DNA from: a virus
Length of the DNA stretch: 64,000 nt
Strand: one strand, 5' to 3'
Virus record (IMG/VR): IMGVR_UViG_3300035670_000040
Span: 66,821 to 130,820 of that record
In this document: positions 1 through 9,353 of the stretch, piece after piece
Layout of the letters: every line of letters begins with the position of its first letter
How positions within the stretch are numbered: the stretch's first letter is position 1
Program-made: the position numbers and the translations under genes
The notes under the pieces: model-generated
What the model was told of the DNA's origin: nothing
The model's database searches: none
What the model saw: the letters and a program-made list of their open reading frames with translations, nothing else

Positions 1-748
1 CATTTGCACCAGCATTAGGAATTGTATATGTTCTTGCTGTATTGGTTGTATATGTTAAGGTTGCCTTGTTGGTTTGAGTACCCATCTGGATGGTTCCAGC
101 ACCGGTTATATTTCCACTAATATTAGCACTTCCATTGAAACTCTGACCCCAAATTGTTCTTGAAGTTGCAAGAATTGTTGCTGTTGCTGCATTTCCAGTA
201 ACACTAATTGGCCATGTTCCTGTAGCATTTGTTCCGTCTGTAAATGCAATATCTTTATATGTAGAAAATGGACTGTTTGAACCAAAAGATGCTTGCCACA
301 ATCTCATTCCGATAGCATCTTTTCTAATAGAAATCATATTATCATTTCCACCACCAGAAGAACTCCATGTTCTAAGTATAATATTATCAGAGTATGGCGA
401 AGCATTATTATTATTCCATGTACCAAATGCAACACTTGCATATGTTGTTCTAAATGCAGAAGGAGCAACAGTTCTATTATCTATTGCTTTAATAGCTGAT
501 ATGCTTATGTTTGATGTTCCATCAAAAGAAATATCGTTTATTGTTCTTGCTGTTTGTAATTTTGTTGCTGTTCCAGCATTTCCTGTTATAGAACCAGCTA
601 TATTTGAACTAAATGTTTTAGTACCAGCAATAGTCTGATTACCAGCATTCATAACAAAGTCCGCATTTGCACCAGCATCAGGAATTGTATATGTTCTTGA
701 TGCATTGGTTGTATATGTTAAGGTAGCCTTGTTAGCCTGAGTACCCAT
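1..748. repeat. 85-bp direct repeat (1-85 and 664-748) inside the fibre gene
   Basis: Copies differ at 7 of 85 positions by manual alignment. In frame, spacing 663 nt; encodes MGTQxNKATLTYTTNxxRTYTIPxAGAN. Confidence 0.9.
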
Positions 749-3487
749 AACAAAATTTGAAGCGGTAATATTAGAACTAGCACTAATATTTCCAAGAACA
801 GTTAATCTTTCATTTGGAGAAGAAGTTCCAATACCAACATTTCCAACAGCATTAGTACTACTAGATGTTCTGGTTAAAGTTAATAATCCATTTCCAGTTC
901 CACTAGTATTTTGTGGTCCTATAATTAAAGGTTTTCCTGATGTTGGTGTAATCTCATCTATCCACATCGCCCATCTATTGTTATTCGATGTATCGCCTCT
1001 TAAAATATATTGAGGATATGAAGTATTAGTAGCAGCTATGCTACCATTAGCAAAAATAAATCCATCTACAACAAAATTATCATTTGTCCTTAATGAATTT
1101 GCAGAATCTCTATAAAGATTTGCATCTCCACCAAGAACTATAGCATCTCCAACAGAAGTAGCATTAGGAAAGTTTACTGGACCTCCATTGAATGTTAATG
1201 TGTCAAGAGAATCCGAACCTAAAACAACATTTCCATTAACTGTTAAATTTCCAGTGGCACTAATATTACCAGAAACAGTCAATGTTTCATTTGGTGTTGT
1301 TGTTAGAACACCTATTCTATTATTAGTTGAATCAACATATAATGTATTACTATCAACATTTAGATTACCTGTTACAGAAACAGTTGAACCATTATCTGTT
1401 ATAGAACTATTACCTATAGTATTTGGACCTGTTGATTTTAAAATTGTATTTGTGGTTCCAGAACCACTTAAAAATGTAGCAGCAGTATCCCAAACTCTTG
1501 AATTTATTATTCTTGATTGAAGAGTTCCTGCATTTTGTGTTATAATATTGTTAGTAGATCCTGTAGCTAATGTAGTAGGAACAGTTATATTTCCAACAAC
1601 TAATGTATTATCTGTTTTTAATGTATTAGTGGCAGATCTATATAAATTTGTATCACTTCCAATTAATAAAGTATTATCTAATTTTAAATTACCTGATGCA
1701 GAAACATTACCAGAAATAGTCAATGCTTGATTTGCTACCGATGAACTTGTGTTTATCGAAACACCTTGATTGTTTACATATAGTCTTGGTTGTCCAAAAT
1801 AATTAAATCTTGCTGAATCCAAAGTTCCTACAAGTGGTGTTTTATTTTGATCAACCTGTAATGGAACTATATCATACAGAAAGTTATTAATATTAAATGC
1901 ACTAACATTTCCAGTTACTGTATTAACACTTGTAATATTTCCACCAGCAGTAATATTTCCTGTGATAGTTAAATTTCCTTGTGAAATGATTTCCGGTAAA
2001 TAAACCACATTATCCCTATTAACAACAACGCTATTTCTTCCTATAATAGTAACATTTGAAAAATTTGCAGTATTATTACCACTTCCACCAATAACTATTG
2101 AATTATTTTGTACAGAATTATCTTTTCCACCAATAATAATACCGTTATTTCCTGTTTTGTTGTTATTACCACCTATTATAAATGAATTATTACCATTACT
2201 TATTCCATTAGGAACATTAGCAGAAGCATTGTTTTGTCCACCTAAAAATACAGAATTGGATGAATTAAAATCATTATTTGAACCACCAATTGATTGAGAG
2301 TTTTGACCTATTATTTGTGTATTAACAGAACCGATAGCAACAGCACTTAAAGAAGCAGTATTTCCCTTACCACCTATTACAGAACTTTCCTGATAAGCCT
2401 TACTTGCACTTGAAGCAACAACAAATGAAAAATCATTAACTATATTTGAATTTCCACCCAAAACAACAGAATTACCAGTTACACTACTATTATCTGTATT
2501 AAATGCCAAACTGTTTGTTGCAATTGTGTTGTTTGAACCATTTAATAAAACCGATCTATCATTTAGAGTATTATTATTTCCTAATAAATTAATTGAACTT
2601 AGTCTAGATGTTGTATTTCTACTATTTATTAAAATAGAATTTGTTGATAAACCAGAATTAAATGTGTTTATTGCTAAAGATGTATCTCTTAAATTCGAAT
2701 CAAAAGAATTTAATGCAACAGAATTTGATGAAACTAAATTGTTAAATCCATCAATGTTTAAGGAATTGTTATAAATTTTATTATTATTAGAAGCAATATT
2801 TGTTGATGAATTTGTTACAAAATTAGAACTTCCTAGAATAGATAAACTATTGTTATCAACAAAGTTATCATTTCCATTTATTTGTACAGATCCGGAAGAT
2901 ACTGTACTATTATTTGAATTAAATAAAATTGAATTATTATTTAATATATTATTTTTTCCTAAAATATTAATAGATGAATTTGCTAAAGTATTTGAATCAC
3001 CTAATAAGGAAATAGAGTCATGTTTAGATATAGAATTTTTTGAATTTACTGAAAGAGAATTTGATGATACTGTTGAATTTGTTGTTGTTATTGAAACAGA
3101 TGTGTCTAATGTTGTATTCCCGTTATTTACAATACCTACACAAGACTTACCAACAGTACCATTATCAACGGCTTTAAAATTATTTACATTAACATCCGAA
3201 CTAAAAGAAATTACTCCATTTAAAAAACTTATATTCTTATTATTAACATCTAGGTTAATACCTTCTGTACCAAAAACATTAAATTGTTTTGTATTTCCGC
3301 TTAGAGAAATAGCATCAGTTAGAACATTAATTTTTTTATTAATAACATCTAATGCAATACCCTCTTTATCAAATAAATTAAATTCTTTTTTTGTGGTTGT
3401 TGAACTCAACGAGATAGCATCATTTAGAACGTTAAATTCCTTATTTACGGTATCTATCAAAAGACCTTCAGTTTTTATGTATTGCAT
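1..3487 (-). CDS. Long tail fibre/adhesin (partial, >1160 aa, 3' end beyond window)
   Basis: Manual translation from ATG at 3487 (MQYIKTEGLLIDTVNKEF...) stays open to position 2. YadA-like IGGxNN beta-roll repeats, GNVGIGTSSPNERLTVLGNISAS shaft motifs, and ATKLQTARTINDISFDG / ATILATSRTIWGQSFNG fibre repeats. Not in the ORF track because there is no stop in the window. Confidence 0.88.
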   Translation of the reverse strand, partial: MQYIKTEGLLIDTVNKEFNVLNDAISLSSTTTKKEFNLFDKEGIALDVINKKINVLTDAISLSGNTKQFNVFGTEGINLDVNNKNISFLNGVISFSSDVNVNNFKAVDNGTVGKSCVGIVNNGNTTLDTSVSITTTNSTVSSNSLSVNSKNSISKHDSISLLGDSNTLANSSINILGKNNILNNNSILFNSNNSTVSSGSVQINGNDNFVDNNSLSILGSSNFVTNSSTNIASNNNKIYNNSLNIDGFNNLVSSNSVALNSFDSNLRDTSLAINTFNSGLSTNSILINSRNTTSRLSSINLLGNNNTLNDRSVLLNGSNNTIATNSLAFNTDNSSVTGNSVVLGGNSNIVNDFSFVVASSASKAYQESSVIGGKGNTASLSAVAIGSVNTQIIGQNSQSIGGSNNDFNSSNSVFLGGQNNASANVPNGISNGNNSFIIGGNNNKTGNNGIIIGGKDNSVQNNSIVIGGSGNNTANFSNVTIIGRNSVVVNRDNVVYLPEIISQGNLTITGNITAGGNITSVNTVTGNVSAFNINNFLYDIVPLQVDQNKTPLVGTLDSARFNYFGQPRLYVNNQGVSINTSSSVANQALTISGNVSASGNLKLDNTLLIGSDTNLYRSATNTLKTDNTLVVGNITVPTTLATGSTNNIITQNAGTLQSRIINSRVWDTAATFLSGSGTTNTILKSTGPNTIGNSSITDNGSTVSVTGNLNVDSNTLYVDSTNNRIGVLTTTPNETLTVSGNISATGNLTVNGNVVLGSDSLDTLTFNGGPVNFPNATSVGDAIVLGGDANLYRDSANSLRTNDNFVVDGFIFANGSIAATNTSYPQYILRGDTSNNNRWAMWIDEITPTSGKPLIIGPQNTSGTGNGLLTLTRTSSSTNAVGNVGIGTSSPNERLTVLGNISASSNITASNFVMGTQANKATLTYTTNASRTYTIPDAGANADFVMNAGNQTIAGTKTFSSNIAGSITGNAGTATKLQTARTINDISFDGTSNISISAIKAIDNRTVAPSAFRTTYASVAFGTWNNNNASPYSDNIILRTWSSSGGGNDNMISIRKDAIGMRLWQASFGSNSPFSTYKDIAFTDGTNATGTWPISVTGNAATATILATSRTIWGQSFNGSANISGNITGAGTIQMGTQTNKATLTYTTNTARTYTIPNAGAN

Positions 3488-3496
3488 ATAATAATT

Positions 3497-3537
3497 TACT
3501 TATATTTATTTAAAAATTGTCCATAAAACTGTAAATA
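3497..3537. promoter_or_regulatory. Divergent T4-type late promoters (TAAGTA/TAAATA minus; TAAATA plus at 3532-3537)
   Basis: Matches the core of the T4 gp55 late promoter TATAAATA; 9 nt and 6 nt from the respective ATGs. Confidence 0.65.
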
Positions 3538-3543
3538 TAAAAT

Positions 3544-3936
3544 ATGAGTAGTTTTTTAAAAACATATAATAACATTAGACAAAAATTGTTGTCAGAACAG
3601 GAAACTCAACAACAAGAAGATCAAATTCAATCAGAACCGATAGAAGGAATGGACGACACAGAAAATACTCCAGTTAAAACAGGTCAGGAGGATGCAACAG
3701 TTTCTCCTAAATTAGATCCAGATGAAGAAGCATCAGCATTAAAGGAAGAAGAAAAGGGTCTTATAGAAAAAAATTGGATAGATAAAATCGTAAAATTATT
3801 AAATTTCTTGGATAAAGATAATGACAATGTAAAAGATATTATTAGTAAATTGTCAGAAGACACAGATAATATACAAGGCCAAAAACAAAAAATAGAAGAG
3901 CTACTCAATTCTATACCACCAGAAAAAACATCTTGA
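3544..3936 (+). CDS. Acidic hypothetical protein, putative internal head protein
   Basis: 130-aa ORF with late promoter; N-terminus MSSFLKTYNNIRQKLLSE resembles a capsid-targeting leader. Confidence 0.6.
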   Translation: MSSFLKTYNNIRQKLLSEQETQQQEDQIQSEPIEGMDDTENTPVKTGQEDATVSPKLDPDEEASALKEEEKGLIEKNWIDKIVKLLNFLDKDNDNVKDIISKLSEDTDNIQGQKQKIEELLNSIPPEKTS

Positions 3937-3961
3937 CTTTTATAATAAATTTTCGTATATT
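3933..3961 (+). promoter_or_regulatory. sigma70-type early promoter
   Basis: TTGACT-17 nt-TATATT upstream of ATG 3976. Confidence 0.65.
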
Positions 3962-3975
3962 TTGTTTCTTAATAT

Positions 3976-4251
3976 ATGGAAAATTTAAACTTTACAGAAA
4001 ATGAACTTTCGTACATCACAGAAAGTTTATTATTTTCACTGGGTTGTGATGTTTGTGCGAATTGGGACAGAGATGATATTGAAAATCTTTTTGAAATAGC
4101 ACAAAAAATAAAAAATAATTGTTCTAATTTAGAAATGAACAATATTTTTATTCATAATCCTTTACTTGAAAACGGAAATACGTATTTTGATGAAATAACA
4201 CCAAAAATTATTTTAAATTTCCCTGAAATCTTAAAGGAGGATTTAGTATGA
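3976..4251 (+). CDS. Hypothetical protein
   Basis: 91-aa ORF, coupled (ATGA overlap) to the next gene. Confidence 0.7.
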   Translation: MENLNFTENELSYITESLLFSLGCDVCANWDRDDIENLFEIAQKIKNNCSNLEMNNIFIHNPLLENGNTYFDEITPKIILNFPEILKEDLV

Positions 4252-4880
4252 AAATAGCAGTTTGTGGAACATCTTGTGTTGGTAAAAGTACATATATAAA
4301 AGATTTCTGTAAAGAATGGGCTTCTTATGAAAATCCAGAAAAAACATATAGAGATTTGATTAAATCAAAAAATTTAAACCATTCATCCAATGGTGATGAG
4401 GATTCACAGAGACAAATTTTAAATGCTTTAATTGATCAGGCAACACAATTTTCAAAAAAGGAAAATATTATTTTTGATAGATGTGTATTAGACAATATGG
4501 CATATACAAGTTGGCTTTATTTGAAGGATAAAGTATCGGATAAATTTTTAGACGAAACAAGAATCTTAGTAAGAGAAACATTAAAACTTTATGATATTAT
4601 ATTTTTCATACCACTAACAAAGGTTTCACCTGTTGAATTAACAGAATCGGAATTGAGAGACAATGATCCAATTTATAGAGAAGAAATCGATAACATATTT
4701 AAAACATTTGTTGCTTCTTATCATAAAGCAGAAGGAAAAGTTTTCCCGTCAGAAGATTGTCCTGCTATTATTGAAATTTTTGGATCTCCACAGGAAAGAA
4801 TACAAATGACTAAATTATATCTAACAGAACAAGGAACTCCTTATGGAGAAAATGAAAGTTTATTAACTGGAATATTTTGA
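4248..4880 (+). CDS. P-loop nucleoside/nucleotide kinase-like protein (AAA_28/NadR-like)
   Basis: N-terminal IAVCGTSCVGKST Walker A, DRCVLDNMAY and YDIIFF motifs. Confidence 0.75.
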   Translation: MKIAVCGTSCVGKSTYIKDFCKEWASYENPEKTYRDLIKSKNLNHSSNGDEDSQRQILNALIDQATQFSKKENIIFDRCVLDNMAYTSWLYLKDKVSDKFLDETRILVRETLKLYDIIFFIPLTKVSPVELTESELRDNDPIYREEIDNIFKTFVASYHKAEGKVFPSEDCPAIIEIFGSPQERIQMTKLYLTEQGTPYGENESLLTGIF

Positions 4881-4906
4881 GATAAATAAAAATATAATAT
4901 AATAAT

Positions 4907-5770
4907 ATGAAAAAACTTAAATTCGATACTTTATTTGAATCTCTAATGTTAAATGAAGGAACTATCTCAAAACAACAGAGGTATGGTAATGTTAATTTTA
5001 ATGTAGAAAAACTTATAAACAAACTAGAAGATTCTGAATCAGATGATTACAAATCAATCATTGATCCAGCAATAGAACGTTGGAAAGGTCAAGGTTATCT
5101 AGGAAACTTAACCACAGATAACATTAAATCTATGTTGGATGAAATAGCAACTCATTTAGAGGAAACTAAAAATGATGGAATTGACTCTTTGAGATATTCT
5201 GATATAAATTCTTTAGTAGATAACGTAACTAGAGAAAGATTTAAGGGAAATAAAGAAGGGATGTCTACCTTAGCTACTAGATGGAGTTCTAAATTGCAAG
5301 GATTGATTCAAAAGATGAAAGATACCCATGAACAGGGTTCAGGTGAACAAGAGATTTCTGATGAAAGCGATGAAGATTTTTCATCAGAACCACAGGATAA
5401 TACATCTAAAAACGAAGGTATAAAGGAAAAAGTTCTACAGACTGTTCAAGCATCTGATTCCATGTCAAAAGAAGAAATAGTCCGTTATCTTATAGGAAGA
5501 ATGGGTAGAAATGAAATATCTGCCGAAAGCATAGTAGATTCTTTGATTTCTTCTGGTGATTTAGTACAAAACGAGGAAGGAAATCTAGAAATAAGCAAGG
5601 AAACAAAGGAAATAGAGACTTTAGGTACTGTTTCAGATGAAGATTTTGATATTCAGGACGAAACAGGAATTCCATTCAGAGAAGATGATTTAACAGATGA
5701 AGACGAAGATGTTGATGCGGCATTCAGAGATGCAATTGAAAGCGATCCATATAAGAGTAGAGATTATTAA
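4907..5770 (+). CDS. Acidic protein with winged-helix-like domain, putative internal head protein
   Basis: TAAATA upstream; leader KFDTLFESLMLNE; IKEKVLQTV...MSKEEIVRYL...IVDSLISSGDL looks like a wHTH; D/E-rich tail. Confidence 0.55.
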   Translation: MKKLKFDTLFESLMLNEGTISKQQRYGNVNFNVEKLINKLEDSESDDYKSIIDPAIERWKGQGYLGNLTTDNIKSMLDEIATHLEETKNDGIDSLRYSDINSLVDNVTRERFKGNKEGMSTLATRWSSKLQGLIQKMKDTHEQGSGEQEISDESDEDFSSEPQDNTSKNEGIKEKVLQTVQASDSMSKEEIVRYLIGRMGRNEISAESIVDSLISSGDLVQNEEGNLEISKETKEIETLGTVSDEDFDIQDETGIPFREDDLTDEDEDVDAAFRDAIESDPYKSRDY

Positions 5771-5799
5771 TTGACATTATATTAAAAAAATGATAAAAA
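5771..5799 (+). promoter_or_regulatory. sigma70-type promoter of primase
   Basis: TTGACA-17 nt-TAAAAA with extended -10 TG. Confidence 0.55.
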
Positions 5800-5834
5800 G
5801 AGTCTGGCATGAAAATACCAGACTCTTTTCTTTT
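5796..5834 (+). terminator. Hairpin enclosing the primase start codon, followed by a U-rich tract
   Basis: AAAAGAGTCTGG (5796-5807) pairs perfectly with CCAGACTCTTTT (5818-5829). ATG 5809 lies inside; followed by CTTTT. Confidence 0.6.
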
Positions 5835-6768
5835 AAAGAAATTTTATAACTATAGTTATAATCCAACTTTTAAAAAAAGTGAAGGAATTTATAATGCAGG
5901 ATGTCCTGTGTGTAAAGAGGGTAAAAGTTTTGGAAAAAGAAAAAGATTGTTTTTTTATCCAAAAACTCAAAGTTTTTACTGTTTTAATTGTTCTAAGTCA
6001 TGGAATGCTTTTTCTTGGATATTAGATGTATCTAATTCATCTATTGATGAATTAAAAAATGAAATTTTACATGAATCTTCATCAGAAGAAGTTTTTGTTT
6101 TACAAAATATAAAACAAAAAGGGATTAAATCCAATGATTTACCATTAGATAGTATAAATTTAGAAGATAACTCTCAGGTTTTTTATTATAAAGACAATAT
6201 CATACTTAAAAAATGTCTTTCTTATATAAAACAAAGAAAACTTGATACAGCAATAAACAAATGTGAATCGTTTTATATAAGTTTTAATGATTATATTCAC
6301 AAAAATCGTTTATGTATACCATTTTATGAAAAAAACAAAGTTGTTTTTTATCAAACAAGATCTTTAGATGAGTCTTGTCCAAAATATCTAAGTAAAAGCG
6401 GAGGAGAAAAAGGTCTTTTTAATATAAACAATATTGATGAAGAATTTGATTATATCTTTTTAACAGAAGGACCAATAGATTCTATGTTTATTAAAAACGG
6501 TGTCGGTGTGGCTGGATTGAGTTTAACGGATTTACAAAAAAATCAACTTTCAAAATATCCATTTCATAAAAAAATCTGGATATTGGATAATCCATCTGTT
6601 GATGAAACTTCTAAAGAAAAAACAAAAGAATTTGTTTATAATAAAGAAAATGTTTATATGTGGCCGTTAGGTTGTAAATTTAAAGATTTGAACGAGTGGT
6701 GTATAAAACAAAATATAAATGGTATAGATTATAAATCTATTATAAATAACATTTATCCAACTAATTAA
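5809..6768 (+). CDS. gp61: DNA primase, T4 gp61-like
   Basis: Zn ribbon CPVC...YCFNC, RLCIPF...FYQTR, Toprim TEGPIDSMF, LDN, KDLNE. Confidence 0.93.
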   Translation: MKIPDSFLLKKFYNYSYNPTFKKSEGIYNAGCPVCKEGKSFGKRKRLFFYPKTQSFYCFNCSKSWNAFSWILDVSNSSIDELKNEILHESSSEEVFVLQNIKQKGIKSNDLPLDSINLEDNSQVFYYKDNIILKKCLSYIKQRKLDTAINKCESFYISFNDYIHKNRLCIPFYEKNKVVFYQTRSLDESCPKYLSKSGGEKGLFNINNIDEEFDYIFLTEGPIDSMFIKNGVGVAGLSLTDLQKNQLSKYPFHKKIWILDNPSVDETSKEKTKEFVYNKENVYMWPLGCKFKDLNEWCIKQNINGIDYKSIINNIYPTN

Positions 6769-7289
6769 CCTCCACTAGTTACTGGTTCTTGATCTCTTAA
6801 TTTTTTTGGAGCAAGAATAATAAATGAATTTAAAACTTCTTTTAATTTTTCAATTTCACCAGCAACTCTAGTTATACCATCAGAGGTTTTTCTTGTTATA
6901 CCACGAAGAAGTGAACCAGGTTTGTCGTTATCTGATAAAATTTTATGCAAACTTTCAGTGCTGTGAGGATCGTTTAAATAAGCAGCAAAGTCATTTAATT
7001 TATCCGAAAATTGTTTAATTTTTTTTATATTTTCTATATGAACTTCAATAGAAACTCCGTCTACATCAAATTCTTTTTCAGAAGTTTCTGGTTGTAAAGA
7101 ATTATCAAAATCTTCTTTGTTTTTTTCTGGTGTAAAATTTTCTGGGTTTTGAGGAGGTTCATCTTGTTCTTTTAAGAGACTTGAGAGAAATGTTTTAGCA
7201 AAAAGATTATTTGATTCAAATAATCCTTTTCCTGAATTTTTTTTAATAATTCTTTCTACTTTTAATTTTGTTTTTGATGAAGTCTTCAT
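6765..7289 (-). CDS. Hypothetical helical protein, putative internal head protein
   Basis: 174 aa; several TAAATA upstream; LFAKTFLSSLLKE motif near the N-terminus. Confidence 0.6.
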   Translation of the reverse strand: MKTSSKTKLKVERIIKKNSGKGLFESNNLFAKTFLSSLLKEQDEPPQNPENFTPEKNKEDFDNSLQPETSEKEFDVDGVSIEVHIENIKKIKQFSDKLNDFAAYLNDPHSTESLHKILSDNDKPGSLLRGITRKTSDGITRVAGEIEKLKEVLNSFIILAPKKLRDQEPVTSGG

Positions 7290-7338
7290 TTATTTATATA
7301 GAATAATATTTATATTTACTCTTTTTTAATGTAAAAAC

Positions 7339-7367
7339 TTGATTTTTTATTTATTGTATTATATTAT
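7339..7367 (+). promoter_or_regulatory. sigma70-type early promoter
   Basis: TTGATT-17 nt-TATTAT, 10 nt before ATG 7378. Confidence 0.55.
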
Positions 7368-7377
7368 ATTAAAAATA

Positions 7378-8052
7378 ATGAAAAAAATAATAGCAGTGAT
7401 TTGCACTTTAAGCAAGACAGTTGATGAATTTAAAGAAAGACCGATTTATAAAACATTAGAGAAACTGCATAAACTATATTCAGAATCGGAATTTGATGTT
7501 AGAATAATAAAAGATAATAAAAAAGGATTATCTGAAGTATATAACTCTTATATAACAGAAGAATATAAGAATAATATTTTAGTCTTTATGCATGATGATA
7601 TAGAGATAAACGATCTTTTTTTAATTGAAAAATTAAACGAATCACCATATGTTGTTACTGGTTTGGCTGGATCTAAAACATGTGATTTATCAAAAGATAA
7701 ATTAGCATGGCACTTATGTTGTAAAAAAGAAGATATGATGGGTGAGGTTGCTCACAAAAAAAACAATTTTATATGGACATCTGTATTTGGTCCAACCATT
7801 GGAAGGGTACTAATTATAGACGGGTTGTTTATCTCTATAAACGTCGAAGAAATTCTAAAAACAAATGCCAGATTTAATGAAAAATTTAAATTTCATCACT
7901 ATGACATGGCTTTTTGTTTAAATTGTAATAAACAAAAAGTTAAGGTAGGAGTTTTGCCTATAACAGTTGTTCATCATGGGTTGGGTGATAGTATGTTGAC
8001 ACAAGATTGGGAAAACAGTAATATTATATTTAAAAAAGAATACAAATCATGA
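7378..8052 (+). CDS. GT-A fold glycosyltransferase (family 2-like)
   Basis: GLSEVYN, VFMHDD (DxD-like), GLAG, IDGLF, FHHYDMAFC. Start reassigned to ATG 7378 because the TTG at 7339 is the -35 box. Confidence 0.82.
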   Translation: MKKIIAVICTLSKTVDEFKERPIYKTLEKLHKLYSESEFDVRIIKDNKKGLSEVYNSYITEEYKNNILVFMHDDIEINDLFLIEKLNESPYVVTGLAGSKTCDLSKDKLAWHLCCKKEDMMGEVAHKKNNFIWTSVFGPTIGRVLIIDGLFISINVEEILKTNARFNEKFKFHHYDMAFCLNCNKQKVKVGVLPITVVHHGLGDSMLTQDWENSNIIFKKEYKS

Positions 8053-8579
8053 TATATAAACAAAATAAAATAACATTTAATGGATTATTATTAAAACAAA
8101 AATTTGGTTATGATTTTTATGAGCAAAATTATAAACCAACTGGGGTTGTTGTAATATTTAGAGGAGAGATGGATATTCAATTTGATAAGGATTGTTTTTT
8201 TCATGACTATCCTACATTTAATGATTCTATAAATATATGTTGGGAAATTCCCAACATAGGACAACTCGGTAATATTTGTTTCAAAAAGCTATTCTTATAT
8301 AAGATAAAAGAATGTCTGAATGATTTAAATCTATACACTAAAGTTGAATTAAATAAAAATGATTCTATATTTGTGCATCAAGAAAATAAAAAAGCAAAAG
8401 AAGTAAATTTTTGTATGTTAAAACAACCAGATAATGTTTTCTCATTAGGATATATTGGATTAAACAATGAGAAACTTTCATTAAATGATAAACAAATAGA
8501 AGAATTAAATGAAAAAATAAACGAATCTTTTTATGAAATAATTAAATCTATATCTCTAGAAATAATAAAACCATCATGA
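8049..8579 (+). CDS. DUF366-like (biotin/lipoate ligase-fold) protein, divergent
   Basis: VVIFRGEMDI...INICWEIPN...GYIGLN pattern resembles DUF366 from memory. Confidence 0.45.
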   Translation: MIYKQNKITFNGLLLKQKFGYDFYEQNYKPTGVVVIFRGEMDIQFDKDCFFHDYPTFNDSINICWEIPNIGQLGNICFKKLFLYKIKECLNDLNLYTKVELNKNDSIFVHQENKKAKEVNFCMLKQPDNVFSLGYIGLNNEKLSLNDKQIEELNEKINESFYEIIKSISLEIIKPS

Positions 8580-8959
8580 ATGATTCCATCTTTGATTTAA
8601 TTAATTGGATTTTAAAAAAACCAAAAACAAAGTTAAATATACAAGAAAGCAGTTCGACCTATTTGTTAAATAGATGGTTAAGTATGGTTGGACCAGATCA
8701 TTCAAATATTATCAATGAAACATTGAATAGGTGGTATTATACAAATTCAATGTATACAGATACAGAGTGTGTTGCTAGTTTATATAGAATTATAATTCCA
8801 AAAAACACTAAAAAAATAAATTATATAAAAAAGAATAAGGAAAAAAAACAAAAAAGCAATTCAGATGTATGCTTTGAACACATACAAAGAGAAATATCTA
8901 AAAAAGAGATAGAAGAACAAAAAAGAATGCTTGAAGAATTAAATTCACTACATAAGTAA
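8576..8959 (+). CDS. gp62: Clamp loader small subunit, T4 gp62-like
   Basis: FDLINWI, YLLNRWLSM...INETLNR, IPK...NYIKK pattern and size. Confidence 0.6.
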   Translation: MNDSIFDLINWILKKPKTKLNIQESSSTYLLNRWLSMVGPDHSNIINETLNRWYYTNSMYTDTECVASLYRIIIPKNTKKINYIKKNKEKKQKSNSDVCFEHIQREISKKEIEEQKRMLEELNSLHK

Positions 8960-8964
8960 AACAT

Positions 8965-9351
8965 ATGATACAAAGACCAACAAACTTAGAAGACAAAATT
9001 GGTGGAATAGTTCAACTTGAACAATATCAGGGTCACGCACTGGAACTCGATGGATGGAAACTTACAAATGTATTGGACGATATATTAATGGTTCAATATA
9101 TAGATGTAAACGAAGACGGAACAGAAATAAAAAGAGGGTCTTTGTGGGTTCCTATAAATACAGTAACTTTTGTTTGGCGTGTAGGAAAGGTAATTTTAGC
9201 TGGTCCTAATTGCAAAACAGTTAAAGTTAATGATCACATTGTATTCCCTAATGATAAAGGAATACAAGCAGCTAACATAAATGATATTAAAAATATTGTT
9301 TTCTTAAGTGAAAGCAGAATTTTTGGTGTGTGTGAACCGAAGTTCACATAA
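8965..9351 (+). CDS. groES: GroES-like co-chaperonin (gp31 analogue)
   Basis: LDDILMV, KRGSLWVP mobile loop, GKVILAGP...VKVND.IVF, FLSESRIFG. TAAGTA 6 nt upstream. Confidence 0.85.
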   Translation: MIQRPTNLEDKIGGIVQLEQYQGHALELDGWKLTNVLDDILMVQYIDVNEDGTEIKRGSLWVPINTVTFVWRVGKVILAGPNCKTVKVNDHIVFPNDKGIQAANINDIKNIVFLSESRIFGVCEPKFT

Positions 9352-9353
9352 AA

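Noticed and set aside
1-748. Repeat pair as a DGR template/variable repeat
   Set aside because: Five of seven differences are at coding-strand A in one copy, but two are not. Both copies are in one ORF and no reverse transcriptase is in the window.
293-3491. Plus-strand ORFs 293-499, 1188-1520, 1548-1730, 2526-2774 and 2850-3491
   Set aside because: Antisense shadows of the long minus-strand fibre gene; no promoters or recognisable motifs.
7339-7377. TTG-start N-terminal extension of the glycosyltransferase
   Set aside because: The extension coincides with the -35/-10 promoter; ATG 7378 is more plausible.
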